Part shown: positions 48,460 through 57,705 of the stretch, one piece after another | Layout of the letters: each line of letters opens with the position of its first letter | How positions within the stretch are numbered: position 1 is the first letter of the stretch | Source: Candidatus Latescibacterota bacterium | GTDB lineage: Bacteria > Latescibacterota > UBA2968 > UBA8231 | Assembly (NCBI GenBank): GCA_964291625.2 | Contig: OZ220090.1 | Span: forward strand, 256,001 to 320,000 | Direction of reading: 5' to 3' | DNA length: 64,000 nucleotides | Program-made: the position numbers and the translations under genes | Notes under the pieces: generated by a model | Database searches by the model: none | What the model was told of the DNA's origin: nothing | What the model saw: only the letters and a program-made list of their open reading frames with translations

Positions 48460-49299
48460 GTGAGCGACATCAACGAAATCGGCGCGACCGCATTCGTCAT
48501 CGCCTCCATCCGGTCCATGGAGGCCGAGCATTCCCCGCCCCTCTTCAGCGCCCCGTACGCGGAGTGGTTCTCCAACGAGCCGGCCCTGGCCGCCGCCCGG
48601 CAGCTGGACGCCGCCTTCCCGCCCTCCACGACCATGGTCCGCTTCCGCACCCGTTTCTTCAACGGTTTCATCGAAAGCGGCATCGAGGCGGGGGCCCGCC
48701 AGGTCATCCTCCTCGGGGGCGGCTTCGACATGCGCGCCCATCACTACGAGGACACCGGCGCCGCCTTCTTCGAGGTCGACCAGAAGGCCGTCCTCGACTT
48801 CAAGGGCGCCGTCCTGGGCCGGCACGGCCTCGAGCCGCCGCCGTCGCTGCCCGGCAACTACCTGGAGGTCGACGTCCCCGGCGGCCTGGCCGGAGCCGGC
48901 TTCGATCCCGCGGCCCCCACCTTGATCGTCTGGGAAGGCAACACCATGTACCTGCCCCCCGAGACGATCCTGCCCTTCCTCAACCGGCTGGCCGGCGCCA
49001 TCTCCTCCTTCCGCATCGCCTTCGACTACTTCGCCGTCGACCTGCAGAGCCGCGACTTCGATACCGAGGAGGACCGGCGCAGGCTGGAGGGCGTGGAGAA
49101 GGCGATGGGCGCATCTTTCCCCACGGGGTTCCCGGACCTCGGTCTCTTCGAGAGAGAGACGCCGCTCTCGGTGGCCGATTCCGGCACCTTCGCCGACCTG
49201 GGCGAGGAATACGGACTGGGCGCCATGGTGGCCGCCTACCCGGAGGACTGGCGGGAGACGCTCAAGCTCTACCGGTACTGCGTGTTGGCGAAGGGATAG
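48460..49299 (+). CDS. SAM-dependent methyltransferase, leucine carboxyl methyltransferase-like family
   Basis: TAFVIASIR, RTRFF, QVILLGGGFDMRA, FEVDQ, WEGNTMYL. Confidence 0.9.
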   Translation: MSDINEIGATAFVIASIRSMEAEHSPPLFSAPYAEWFSNEPALAAARQLDAAFPPSTTMVRFRTRFFNGFIESGIEAGARQVILLGGGFDMRAHHYEDTGAAFFEVDQKAVLDFKGAVLGRHGLEPPPSLPGNYLEVDVPGGLAGAGFDPAAPTLIVWEGNTMYLPPETILPFLNRLAGAISSFRIAFDYFAVDLQSRDFDTEEDRRRLEGVEKAMGASFPTGFPDLGLFERETPLSVADSGTFADLGEEYGLGAMVAAYPEDWRETLKLYRYCVLAKG

Positions 49300-49303
49300 C
49301 CGA

Positions 49304-50080
49304 TCACCCCGGCTGCACGATGAAGCGGGCCAGCTCCCTGCCGCGCGGGGACAGGGTCTCGTAGAGATCTCGCGGCAGCGAGGGACCCAGGTCGGGCAGG
49401 CGGAACCACGGCGCCAGGTACCCGACGCTGGTCATGGGCCGGATCTCGTCGGAGTCGTTGGCCGTGCCGCCGTGCCAGCATCGCACGTCCCGGATGACCG
49501 CCGTTCCGGCCGGGGCGCAAAGGATCGACTCCTTCATGCGCGCCGGCTCCTCCTCCATCTTCGGCGCCGGCTGGCGGGTGCGGTGGGTTCCCGGCACGAA
49601 GCGGATGGCGCCGTTGATCTTCCTGAACTCGACCATCAGGAAGTTCACGACGATGTACGGCGTCGGCACGTCGTGGAGCGTCACCTGTCCCAGCGGATCG
49701 TTGAGGACGTCCCGGATATCGGCGTGCAGGTGCTGCTCCCTGGCGCCGGGAGCGGAGTAATCCCCGCCGCCGCCGGAACAGATGAAGCCGGGGCTTCCCC
49801 AGATCGCCTCCAGGATCGGAAGGATGGCCGGCAGGTCGATGAGCTGCACCCACTCCGGGTGGTGCAGTTGGGGCCCGAAGGAGTAGCGGGCATGGCCCCG
49901 GTTGGCGCTCTCGAGGGGGATCTCCGCCATCTGCTGCGCCATGACGCGGGAGGCGCCCGCCCGGGCGAACTCGAGCTGTTCGGGGCTGAGGGCATCTCCG
50001 ATGGGGACGAACCCGTCCCGATGGAAGATGGCCGCCGCCCTGTCGACTTCGCTGGGAGAGAGGATTTCGACGTCGAGCAT
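49304..50080 (-). CDS. Phytanoyl-CoA dioxygenase (PhyH) family Fe(II)/2OG oxygenase
   Basis: FHRDGF, QHLHAD, NGAIRFVPGTH, WHGGTAN, R. Confidence 0.92.
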   Translation of the reverse strand: MLDVEILSPSEVDRAAAIFHRDGFVPIGDALSPEQLEFARAGASRVMAQQMAEIPLESANRGHARYSFGPQLHHPEWVQLIDLPAILPILEAIWGSPGFICSGGGGDYSAPGAREQHLHADIRDVLNDPLGQVTLHDVPTPYIVVNFLMVEFRKINGAIRFVPGTHRTRQPAPKMEEEPARMKESILCAPAGTAVIRDVRCWHGGTANDSDEIRPMTSVGYLAPWFRLPDLGPSLPRDLYETLSPRGRELARFIVQPG

Positions 50081-50117
50081 GGCGGATCGGCGGCTTGGTG
50101 GCAGGCTTGGCTGGGCC

Positions 50118-50306
50118 TCAGTCCTCGTCGAGGATCCCCTGGATCATCCCGTCCAGGTGGCCCCTCCGGCCGAAAGAGATGTCCCTGAGGACACCCTCCC
50201 GGTCGACCAGGAGGGTCGACGGGGTTCCGCGCAGGGTGGTGGGGACTCCCTGCACCCAACTCGAGACGCCGAAGTTGGGCACGACCTGTCCTGACTCGAT
50301 GGCCAT
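50118..50306 (-). pseudogene. C-terminal fragment of a TlpA/thioredoxin-like protein
   Basis: GTPSTLLVDREGVLR cis-Pro motif; no CxxC present. Confidence 0.5.
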
Positions 50307-50378
50307 GAGATATAGTATAGCTTGAGCAGCGATTCCCCGGCGCCGGTCCGCGCCTGTCGATCATCATTGGAGGACCAC

Positions 50379-51642
50379 ATGTCCAACCACGAGCGGGTAG
50401 GCGCCAACGTCACCCGCGAGACCCACATCGCCCACGACGGGCGCCACGCCTTCTACGCCGGAGGGCAGACCTACGCCGGCGCCGGGGGTACCGCTCTCCT
50501 GGAGATGGTCACCACGGAGATGCTCCACTGGGTGACCCACGACGATGGCCGCACCACCCTCGACGCCTGCTACGACGGCACCTGGGTCCGCCGTTCCGAG
50601 GACGACGGCGCCACCTGGAGCGACGTGGAGGCCAAGGCGGCCTTCGACACCACCCTGGGGGGGAGCAGCTCCTGCCCTGCGGCATGAGCCTCGACGAGAG
50701 GACCGACACGCTGGTGCGGTTCTACCGGGGCCAGAAGGCCGACAAGAGCTGCTACGGGTACATCAACCAGGGCGCCTACCGGGTGTTCTACGCGATATCG
50801 AAGGACCAGGGAATCAGCTGGAGCGAGCCGGTGCCGATCGTCGACCGCCGCGGCGGGTTCGACGAGCGCCGGTGGGGGCCGGAACTCGACTATGGGACCC
50901 GGGGCGCCATCCTCAACGGCGCCGCCTGCCGCTGGATGGACGACGGCTCCCTCATGGCCCCCTTCACCGGGTACGAGCGCCTCGACGGGACCCGGCCCTG
51001 GGACTTCCGCGTCGTCTGCGCCCGGGGGGAGTGGAACGCCGGCCGCACCGCCCTCGAGTGGGAGTTCGGCAGCTACTTCGAGGTCGGCCCCGACCGGTCG
51101 ACCGCGGGCTGCTGCGAGCCCTCCATCGCCTCCCTCGGCGGCGACCGGCTGTTCATGACCACCCGCTGCCAGGGGGGCGAGGCCCAGGGCCTCCATTCCG
51201 TCCGCTACACCGCCCTCTCCGAGGACGGGGGCATGACCTGGTCGGAGCCAGCGCCCCTGCTCTACGACGACGGCTCCCCGGTGCACACGCCGGCTTCCTC
51301 CTCCGACTTCGTCACCACCTCCACGGGCCGGACCTGGTGGCTGGGCAACATCCTCGAGGCGCCGGTCTTCGCCCAGACGCCCCGGTACCCCTCAAGCTGG
51401 CCCTCTTCGACCCCGGCCGCGCCTGCCTCGTGAGGGACTCGGTGCGCCTGATCCAGGACCGGCCCGAGGGGGCCCACGAGCTGGTGAGGTACACCAACTT
51501 CGGCAGCTACGAGGAGCGCGGGACCGGCCGCCTCGTCATCACCCTGCCCGAGCAGTACCGCTACAAGGGCTGGGACGAGATGGATCGGCCGGAGGACTTC
51601 GCCGCCGACTGCATCAAGTACACGGTGGAGTTGGACAGGTGA
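50379..51642 (+). CDS. Sialidase/BNR beta-propeller protein split by two single-base frameshifts
   Basis: Asp-boxes SEDDGATW, SKDQGISW, SEDGGMTW; CCEPS; GGAGG RBS. Frame breaks at the G7 run 50657-50663 and the C4 run 51388-51391. Confidence 0.8.
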
Positions 51643-51668
51643 CGGCCGGTAGTGGGCGACGGTGCCAC

Positions 51669-51715
51669 TTGCCGTCGATATACCAATAGGTTATAAACCA
51701 TATGGTTTTACAACC
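51669..51715 (+). promoter_or_regulatory. Sigma70-like promoter overlapped by an AT-rich palindrome
   Basis: TTGCCG-17nt-TATAAA; GGTTATAAACCATATGGTTTTACAACC contains the perfect 14-bp palindrome AAACCATATGGTTT. Confidence 0.6.
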
Positions 51716-52862
51716 AGGCCTGCCTATCCAGAGACTGAATTCGATGCTGCCCTTCCGTACGGGCATGAAGGTGACGGGCAGGGAGTTCTGCGGCCGCCGC
51801 AACGAGGTCGCCCAGCTGCGGCAGTACATGCAGTCCGCCGGCCGTGTGTACGTCGTCGGCGACCGGCGCATCGGCAAGACCTCGCTGATCTTCGAGGCCG
51901 CGCGCTCTCTCCACCGCCGGCGCCTGGTCTATGCCGACCTGATGGCGATCAAGTCGGTGTCGGACCTCTCACAGCGCCTGGCCCAGGCCGTGATCCAGGC
52001 GGAACGGCAGGAGTCCGGTGTCATGACCCTCCTCCGATCCCTGGCAGCGCTGCGACCCACGATCTCGGTGGATCCCGCCACGAACCTGCCCACGGTCGGC
52101 TTCGAGGCCGGCAGCGGAGATCGGCCCGAGACGCTGGACGGCATCTTCGCCCTTCTGGGCTCGCGCGAGGCCCCCGTCGTCGTCCTCGACGAGTTCCAGG
52201 ACATCCTCTCCCTTCCCGCGGAGGAAGCGGTGGTGGCGAGACTTCGCGGACTCGTGCAACAGCAGGAGGGCTCGGCCTTCGTGTTCTGCGGCAGTCAGCG
52301 GGGGGCCATGGAGACGATCTTCACGGAGCGCGGTTCTCCGTTCTTCAACGCCGCCATGCGCCTGCACGTCGGGCCCATCGAGCGGCGCAGCTTCCGCCGT
52401 TTCCTGGAGCGCAAGTTCCTCGCGGCGGAGCGCCGCCTGGAGGCCGGCCTGCTGGACATCATCCTCGACGCATGCCACGACAACCCGGGGGACACACAGC
52501 GATTCTGCACCGCCCTCTGGCAGGTGACGGGCGCCGGGCAGGTCATCTCCCAGGACGACCTGGCGGCGGCCTGGAGCGCGATCTACGCCATGCAGAGCGA
52601 CCAGTACGAGCTGGTGATGCAGAGCCTGAGCCGCCAGCAGGCCGATGTCCTGCGAGCCCTGAGCCGGGCCGGTGGCGAGTCGAACCTGAACCGGGACTTC
52701 GTGGAGAGCACTGGCATACCTCTGCTTCCGTCCGTGGCAAAGGCCATGCAGGGCCTCGTGAGCAAGCGCATCGTGTCGAAGGTGGGTACGAGATACCGCG
52801 TCTCCGACCCCTTCCTTGGCGCCTGGCTCGCGCGCGCCGGCCAGGCGCCCTACACCCAGTAG
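51702..52862 (+). CDS. AAA+ archaeal-type ATPase with C-terminal winged helix
   Basis: FCGRRNE, Walker A GDRRIGKT, Walker B VVLDEFQ, FCGS, C-terminal YRVSDPF; start may be 51744. Confidence 0.88.
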   Translation: MVLQPGLPIQRLNSMLPFRTGMKVTGREFCGRRNEVAQLRQYMQSAGRVYVVGDRRIGKTSLIFEAARSLHRRRLVYADLMAIKSVSDLSQRLAQAVIQAERQESGVMTLLRSLAALRPTISVDPATNLPTVGFEAGSGDRPETLDGIFALLGSREAPVVVLDEFQDILSLPAEEAVVARLRGLVQQQEGSAFVFCGSQRGAMETIFTERGSPFFNAAMRLHVGPIERRSFRRFLERKFLAAERRLEAGLLDIILDACHDNPGDTQRFCTALWQVTGAGQVISQDDLAAAWSAIYAMQSDQYELVMQSLSRQQADVLRALSRAGGESNLNRDFVESTGIPLLPSVAKAMQGLVSKRIVSKVGTRYRVSDPFLGAWLARAGQAPYTQ

Positions 52863-54850
52863 AGGCCGTGGCCCTGGGCGCCGGTGATGACGTCGATGGC
52901 CAGCCAGAAGGCGATGACGGCGAACTGGCCGAGGATGAAGCCGAGGAAGAAGGGCCGCACCCGCCGCAGCAGGTTGGGGCCGCCGTAGCGGATCAGGCAC
53001 GCCTTCACCACCCACACCAGGAAGACGCTGAACCACATGTGACGGGTGAGCATCATCTGCGACACCGCCAGCCCCATGGGGTGGACGGGGAAGGAGAGCA
53101 GGTGGGCCCGCACCCAGTAGAGGGCGAGCATGACCGCCCCGCCGGTGCCGATCAGGGCCAGGCCGGGCAGGTCCGGGCCGACGGGCTCGCGCAGGTACCT
53201 GGCGGCGAAGTCGATGGTGTACCGGGGGCCGCTGAGGAAGAACCAGGCGTTGGCGTTGTTGGCGCCCGACTGGTAGGCGTAGTAGAGGGTGGTCCACACC
53301 GAGATCCCCAGCCCGAGGATCACGGCCAGGATCATGCTCCAGAGCAGGACGCCCCGGCGGGTCACCGACTCGGCCACCTTCAGGCCGTTGGCCGCCGAGG
53401 CCATGACGAAGGTGCGCACGTCGCTCATCCACACCTGCCCCAGGGCGAGGACGGTCACCGCCCCGGGAGCGCCCAGCCAGGCGGTGCCGTAGGCGGTGCG
53501 CACCACCGTGGGCGTGATCAGCTGGGCCCGCGTCGCCGCCAGCCCCGACTCGCAGAGGATGCGGGTGATCCCCAGGAAGGTGGCCGCCGCCACCAGCACG
53601 AAGGTCACCGCCGCCCACCAGGGCACGCCCGCGGCGATGAACCACCCCGTCATCAGCACCAGCCCCAGGATCAGCTGTCCGTAGACGCTGCGCATGGAGA
53701 ACTCGCCGGGGTCCCCGCCGCGCCGGAAGGCCGAGCGCCAGGTCCGCGCCAGGTACCCCCGCGCCGTCCACAGGGTGTAGCCGGTGAGGGCCATGAGAGC
53801 GCCGAACTGCAGGTACGAGAGGATCGGGCCGCCGTCGCTCTGGGCGTAGATGTCGAGGTTGAGGGTGCGTGTCATGCCGATGTAGGTGAGGTACCCCTTG
53901 AGGGCGTATCCCAGCAGGTAGAACAGCCAGATGCTCAGGGTCACCTCCTGGTGGGTCAGGTAGGCGAAGCCCATCATGGGGAAGCTGACGACCACGGAGA
54001 GGGACTCGAGGTTGGGCAGGATGGGGATGCCCGTCGACAGGCTGACGCCAGGGATGAAGTGGAAGTAGGCGTGGAGCCCGTTCATGGAGGTGACCAGGAA
54101 GGGCACGGCGAAGCCCGCCCACATGACGGGGTTGCGGAAGAAGGCGTTGAGGGCCCGGCCCCGCTCCTGGGAGCACATGACCAGGGGCAGCGCGGCCAGC
54201 GGGTAGGCGAGGCGCTCGTGCTCCATCCACTGGCGGCGGAAGAGCACGGCCAGGGAGATCATCACGAGGTATAGGCCGAGGAGCACGGGGACCCAGGCCA
54301 GCAGCGGCTTGATCCACACCATCCACGGGATCGCCTCGCCCCGCGCCACCCCCTCGTAGAAGCCTTGGATGGCGTCCTCGCCCTGGGGCACGAGCCAGTG
54401 GGGCACGTAGGGCTGGATGTCCTGGGCCCACTCGTTCTCCGGGGTGGCCAGGTAGTAGATGGCGGGCAGGATGGGGATCAGGTAGAGGGTCAGCCCCATG
54501 GTGCAGATCGAGCAGGCGATCGCCGCCATCAGGTAGGTGATGGACAGCTCCCCCGTGGTCAGGGAGAGGGAGGGGAGCAGTCGCCGCAGGGCGGTGTTGA
54601 CGACCAGGGCCAGGAGAAAGAGGAGGAGGATGGCGGCGGCGGTGGTGAAGTCGATGGTCAGGTACGAGCCGCGCACCATCAGGCTGTTGTAGGGCCCCCA
54701 GAAAGCGACGGCGGCGCTCAGCAGCGAACCCGCCAGCAGGGCCCGCGCCGGGCGCACGTACCCCGGGGAATCGGGGCCGGCCTCCGGCGCCTGTCCCGTG
54801 CGCCGGCGGAAGGCTTCCACCGCGGCGGCGGCGGTGGCCCCGGTGGTCAC
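52850..54850 (-). CDS. Large polytopic membrane protein (DUF6785/DUF6784 putative peptide transporter)
   Basis: RRQWMEHERLAYPL, HPMGL, RYGG...PFFLGFILG and many TM helices. Confidence 0.8.
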   Translation of the reverse strand: MTTGATAAAAVEAFRRRTGQAPEAGPDSPGYVRPARALLAGSLLSAAVAFWGPYNSLMVRGSYLTIDFTTAAAILLLFLLALVVNTALRRLLPSLSLTTGELSITYLMAAIACSICTMGLTLYLIPILPAIYYLATPENEWAQDIQPYVPHWLVPQGEDAIQGFYEGVARGEAIPWMVWIKPLLAWVPVLLGLYLVMISLAVLFRRQWMEHERLAYPLAALPLVMCSQERGRALNAFFRNPVMWAGFAVPFLVTSMNGLHAYFHFIPGVSLSTGIPILPNLESLSVVVSFPMMGFAYLTHQEVTLSIWLFYLLGYALKGYLTYIGMTRTLNLDIYAQSDGGPILSYLQFGALMALTGYTLWTARGYLARTWRSAFRRGGDPGEFSMRSVYGQLILGLVLMTGWFIAAGVPWWAAVTFVLVAAATFLGITRILCESGLAATRAQLITPTVVRTAYGTAWLGAPGAVTVLALGQVWMSDVRTFVMASAANGLKVAESVTRRGVLLWSMILAVILGLGISVWTTLYYAYQSGANNANAWFFLSGPRYTIDFAARYLREPVGPDLPGLALIGTGGAVMLALYWVRAHLLSFPVHPMGLAVSQMMLTRHMWFSVFLVWVVKACLIRYGGPNLLRRVRPFFLGFILGQFAVIAFWLAIDVITGAQGHGLYWV

Positions 54851-54883
54851 GGCTGCACCCGCGAGGGGAGGGCCGGCGCTTCA

Positions 54884-54947
54884 GGACCGGATCTGGAGGT
54901 CATAGCTCCAAATCTGGACCGAAATTGGAGGTGACAGCTCCAAAATC
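54884..54947. repeat. Two tandem 32-bp units, each containing the palindrome TGGAG-N7-CTCCA
   Basis: GGACCGGATCTGGAGGTCATAGCTCCAAATCT / GGACCGAAATTGGAGGTGACAGCTCCAAAATC. Confidence 0.8.
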
Positions 54948-54950
54948 CCC

Positions 54951-55972
54951 TCAGAACCCGAGGACCATCACCCAGAAGGGGGCGTCGCCCACCTCGCGCT
55001 CGTCGAACTCCTCCAGGGCGCCGGAGTCCTGGTCGACGCGGAAGGAGCGCATGCGGCCGGCGGTCTCGCCGGCGCCGTAGCAGAAGCGCCCTGTGGGATC
55101 GATGTTGAAGGAGCGCGGGCTCGACGGCACGGGGAAGTGGCCGAAGGGGTCAGGCCGCCGTCGGCGGCGATCTCGAAGCCGGCGATGCTGTCCCCGGGGC
55201 CGCGGTTGGAGGCGTAGGCCCAGCGGCCGTTGGGGTGGACCTCCACGTGGGCCGTGTGGCTCACCTCGCCGTAGCCCTCGGGCAAAGTGGAGACCTCCTG
55301 CACCGGCTCGAGGGTCCCGGCGCCGCGGTCGTAGCGGTGCACGGTGACGGTGTTGCCCTGCTCGTTGACGGTGTAGACGACCTCGCCGCCGGGGCCGAAG
55401 CACATGTGCCGGGGGCCGGTGTATTCCTCGGCGGGGACCACCTCGAAGGGGTCGTTGGGGGTCAGCCGGCCCGAGGCGGCGTCGTAGCGGAACTGGGAGG
55501 TCTTGTTGTTGGGGCAGACGTGGGGGATGAAGACGAAGCGGTCGCGGTCGATGAGCACGGCGTGGGCCTTCGGACCGGTGTCGACATACTCCACCTGCTC
55601 GCCGATGGAGCCGTCCTCGGCGACGCGGTGCACGGTGACGCCGCCGCCGGTGTAGTAGCTGGCGATCAGGTGGCGCCCGCCCCCGTCGGTGACCGCCAGG
55701 GCCGGCGTGGCCAGGCCCGTGTCGACGGTGTTGACGTGTTCCAGGGCGCCGGTGGCGGTGTCGAGGCGGTAGCTGGACAGCTCCGTCGACTGCACGTGGG
55801 CGCCGTAGACCATGCTCGTGGACCGGTGCAGGTGCAGGGAGCCGATGGGCCCGTGGGCGTCGCTGGAGGCGCTCAGCTCCAGGGCGCCCGTGGCCGGGTC
55901 CATCGACCAGGCCTGGATCTGCCGGTCGCCGGTGAGGGCGACGAAGACGAAGTACCGGGATGCGTCCGCCAT
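54951..55972 (-). CDS. pgl: 6-phosphogluconolactonase/cycloisomerase family beta-propeller, frameshifted near 55147
   Basis: KAHAV, GPRHM, YTVNEQ, HPNGRWAYASNRG; PRSFNIDP continues in a shifted frame. Confidence 0.85.
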
Positions 55973-56247
55973 GGGAAGGCCTTTCGGGTTGGGTTGCTCG
56001 CGGTGGCTGAGTTCGTTTGTGGCGGTCCCCAAACTACGACGACCCCGGAGTTCTCCGCCACGGCGGGCCGGGTGACGCGAGGAGACCCGGAGACCGTGAA
56101 CGGAGACCTGCCACCTGGCGCCGACCTGTCCCGCCTCGAGGACCAGGTCCGCGCAACGAAGTACGACGAGGTGGCGGTCGAAGTGTACCTTCTACCAGTC
56201 CACCACGACGGACGTAGGTTTGAAGATCGCAGAGAGGAGAGCTGCCG

Positions 56248-56505
56248 ATGGACAATTCAGGACGGAGCGACATTGTGCTGGACAAGGTCATCCAGCGCGA
56301 TCCGGAAATCCACAGTGGCGATCTGGTCTTCGCCGGCACGAGAGTCCCGGTAGACAGCCTGGTGAGCTATCTCAAGGGAGGACACTCCATCGAGGAGTTT
56401 CTCCAGGACTATCCCACCGTCGAGCGCTGGCAACTGGAGTCATATCTCGACCTCTCTTCGGATGGACTGGATCACCTGAGGACGCGGGATGCGAGTGCTT
56501 CTTGA
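56248..56505 (+). CDS. DUF433 antitoxin
   Basis: IQRDPEIHSGDLVFAGTRVPV...EEFLQDYPTV. Confidence 0.92.
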   Translation: MDNSGRSDIVLDKVIQRDPEIHSGDLVFAGTRVPVDSLVSYLKGGHSIEEFLQDYPTVERWQLESYLDLSSDGLDHLRTRDASAS

Positions 56506-56818
56506 TGAGGATATACCGATCCGGCTCAGGCTGCACTTCAGGGCGGAAGCGACGGTGGAGACGGTGGAGTATCGCGGTTGGAAGGGTTTCAGGAACGGGG
56601 CGCTTCTGCGCGTCGCCCAGGAAGAGTTCGATGTTCTTGTGACCATGGACAACAGTCTCCCCGACCAGCAACCGGTTGGGCAATTCGATCTGGGTGTTGC
56701 AGTCTTGCGCCCTTCCAGCAGAACCCTCGAGGACCTCGTGGCGTTGGTGCCTGTACTGGAGCGACACCTCGCCAAGATCAGGCCGGGGGATGTGGTCCGG
56801 ATCCATCCTTCCAGGTAA
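56489..56818 (+). CDS. DUF5615 PIN-like toxin (VapC45-like)
   Basis: MRVLLDEDIP, GWKGFRNGALL, FDVLVTMD; overlaps the DUF433 gene. Confidence 0.9.
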   Translation: MRVLLDEDIPIRLRLHFRAEATVETVEYRGWKGFRNGALLRVAQEEFDVLVTMDNSLPDQQPVGQFDLGVAVLRPSSRTLEDLVALVPVLERHLAKIRPGDVVRIHPSR

Positions 56819-56845
56819 CGCCGACCGCTGACGGAAGCAGGTCCC

Positions 56846-57703
56846 TCACCCCTTCAGCGCCCCCACCGTGATCCCCTTCGTGAGGTACTGCTGCAGGAAG
56901 GCGTAGACCAGCATGGTCGGCGCCATGATCAGCACCAGCCCGGCGAAGGCCATGCCCCAGTCGCTGCGGTACTGGCTGACGATGGTGATGTTGGCCAGGC
57001 CCAGGGGCAGGGTGCGCAGCTCCTGGGATCCCTCTCCCGAGAGGAACATGAAGGCCATGAAGAACTCGTTCCACGTGGCCAGGAAGGAGAAGATCCCCAC
57101 CGTGATCAGCCCCGGGCGGGCCAGGGGCAGCATGATCGACCAGAAGGCCCGGAACTCGCCGGCGCCGTCCATCAGGGCCGATTCGTGCAGGCTCGAGGGC
57201 AGGGACTTGAAGAAGCCGGTGAGGATGAAGACGGCGAAGGGCATGCCGAAGGCGACGTAGACGATGAGGATGCCGAGGCGCGAGTTGAGGAGGCCGAAGT
57301 CCTTCATCTGGAAGAACAGGGGCACGATCGACAGCTGCAGGGGGATCATCAGTCCGGCGAGGAAGTAGAAGAACAGGGGGCGCACGCCGGGAAAGGTGAA
57401 CCGCGCCAGGGCGTAGGCGGCCATCGCCGCCAGCAGCATCGACGCCGCCACCGTGGTCACCGTGAGCAGGACGCTGTTGAAGAAGTAGTCGCCGAAGAAT
57501 CCCTTGGTCCAGGCGTTGGTGAAGTTGACCCACTGCAGGTCGCCGAGCTCGGGCAGGCTGAAGGGGTCGAGGAAGATCTCGCGGTCCGTCTTCAGCGACG
57601 TGTAGAGCAGCCAGAGCATGGGGTAGACGACGATCGCCAGGTAGCCGAAGAGGGCCGAGTAGAGGAAGGGCTTGATGAGGGTGTTGGTGCGTCGCTCGGC
57701 CAC
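56846..57703 (-). CDS. Carbohydrate ABC transporter permease (CUT1, MalG-like)
   Basis: ESALMDGA EAA loop, WNEFF, LQQYLTKGITVGALKG. Confidence 0.95.
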   Translation of the reverse strand: MAERRTNTLIKPFLYSALFGYLAIVVYPMLWLLYTSLKTDREIFLDPFSLPELGDLQWVNFTNAWTKGFFGDYFFNSVLLTVTTVAASMLLAAMAAYALARFTFPGVRPLFFYFLAGLMIPLQLSIVPLFFQMKDFGLLNSRLGILIVYVAFGMPFAVFILTGFFKSLPSSLHESALMDGAGEFRAFWSIMLPLARPGLITVGIFSFLATWNEFFMAFMFLSGEGSQELRTLPLGLANITIVSQYRSDWGMAFAGLVLIMAPTMLVYAFLQQYLTKGITVGALKG

Positions 57704-57705
57704 GG

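Noticed and set aside
56033-56222. Possible gene relic upstream of the DUF433 gene
   Set aside because: It reads as open (…DLSRLEDQVRATKYDEVAVEVY…) but I recognise no family.
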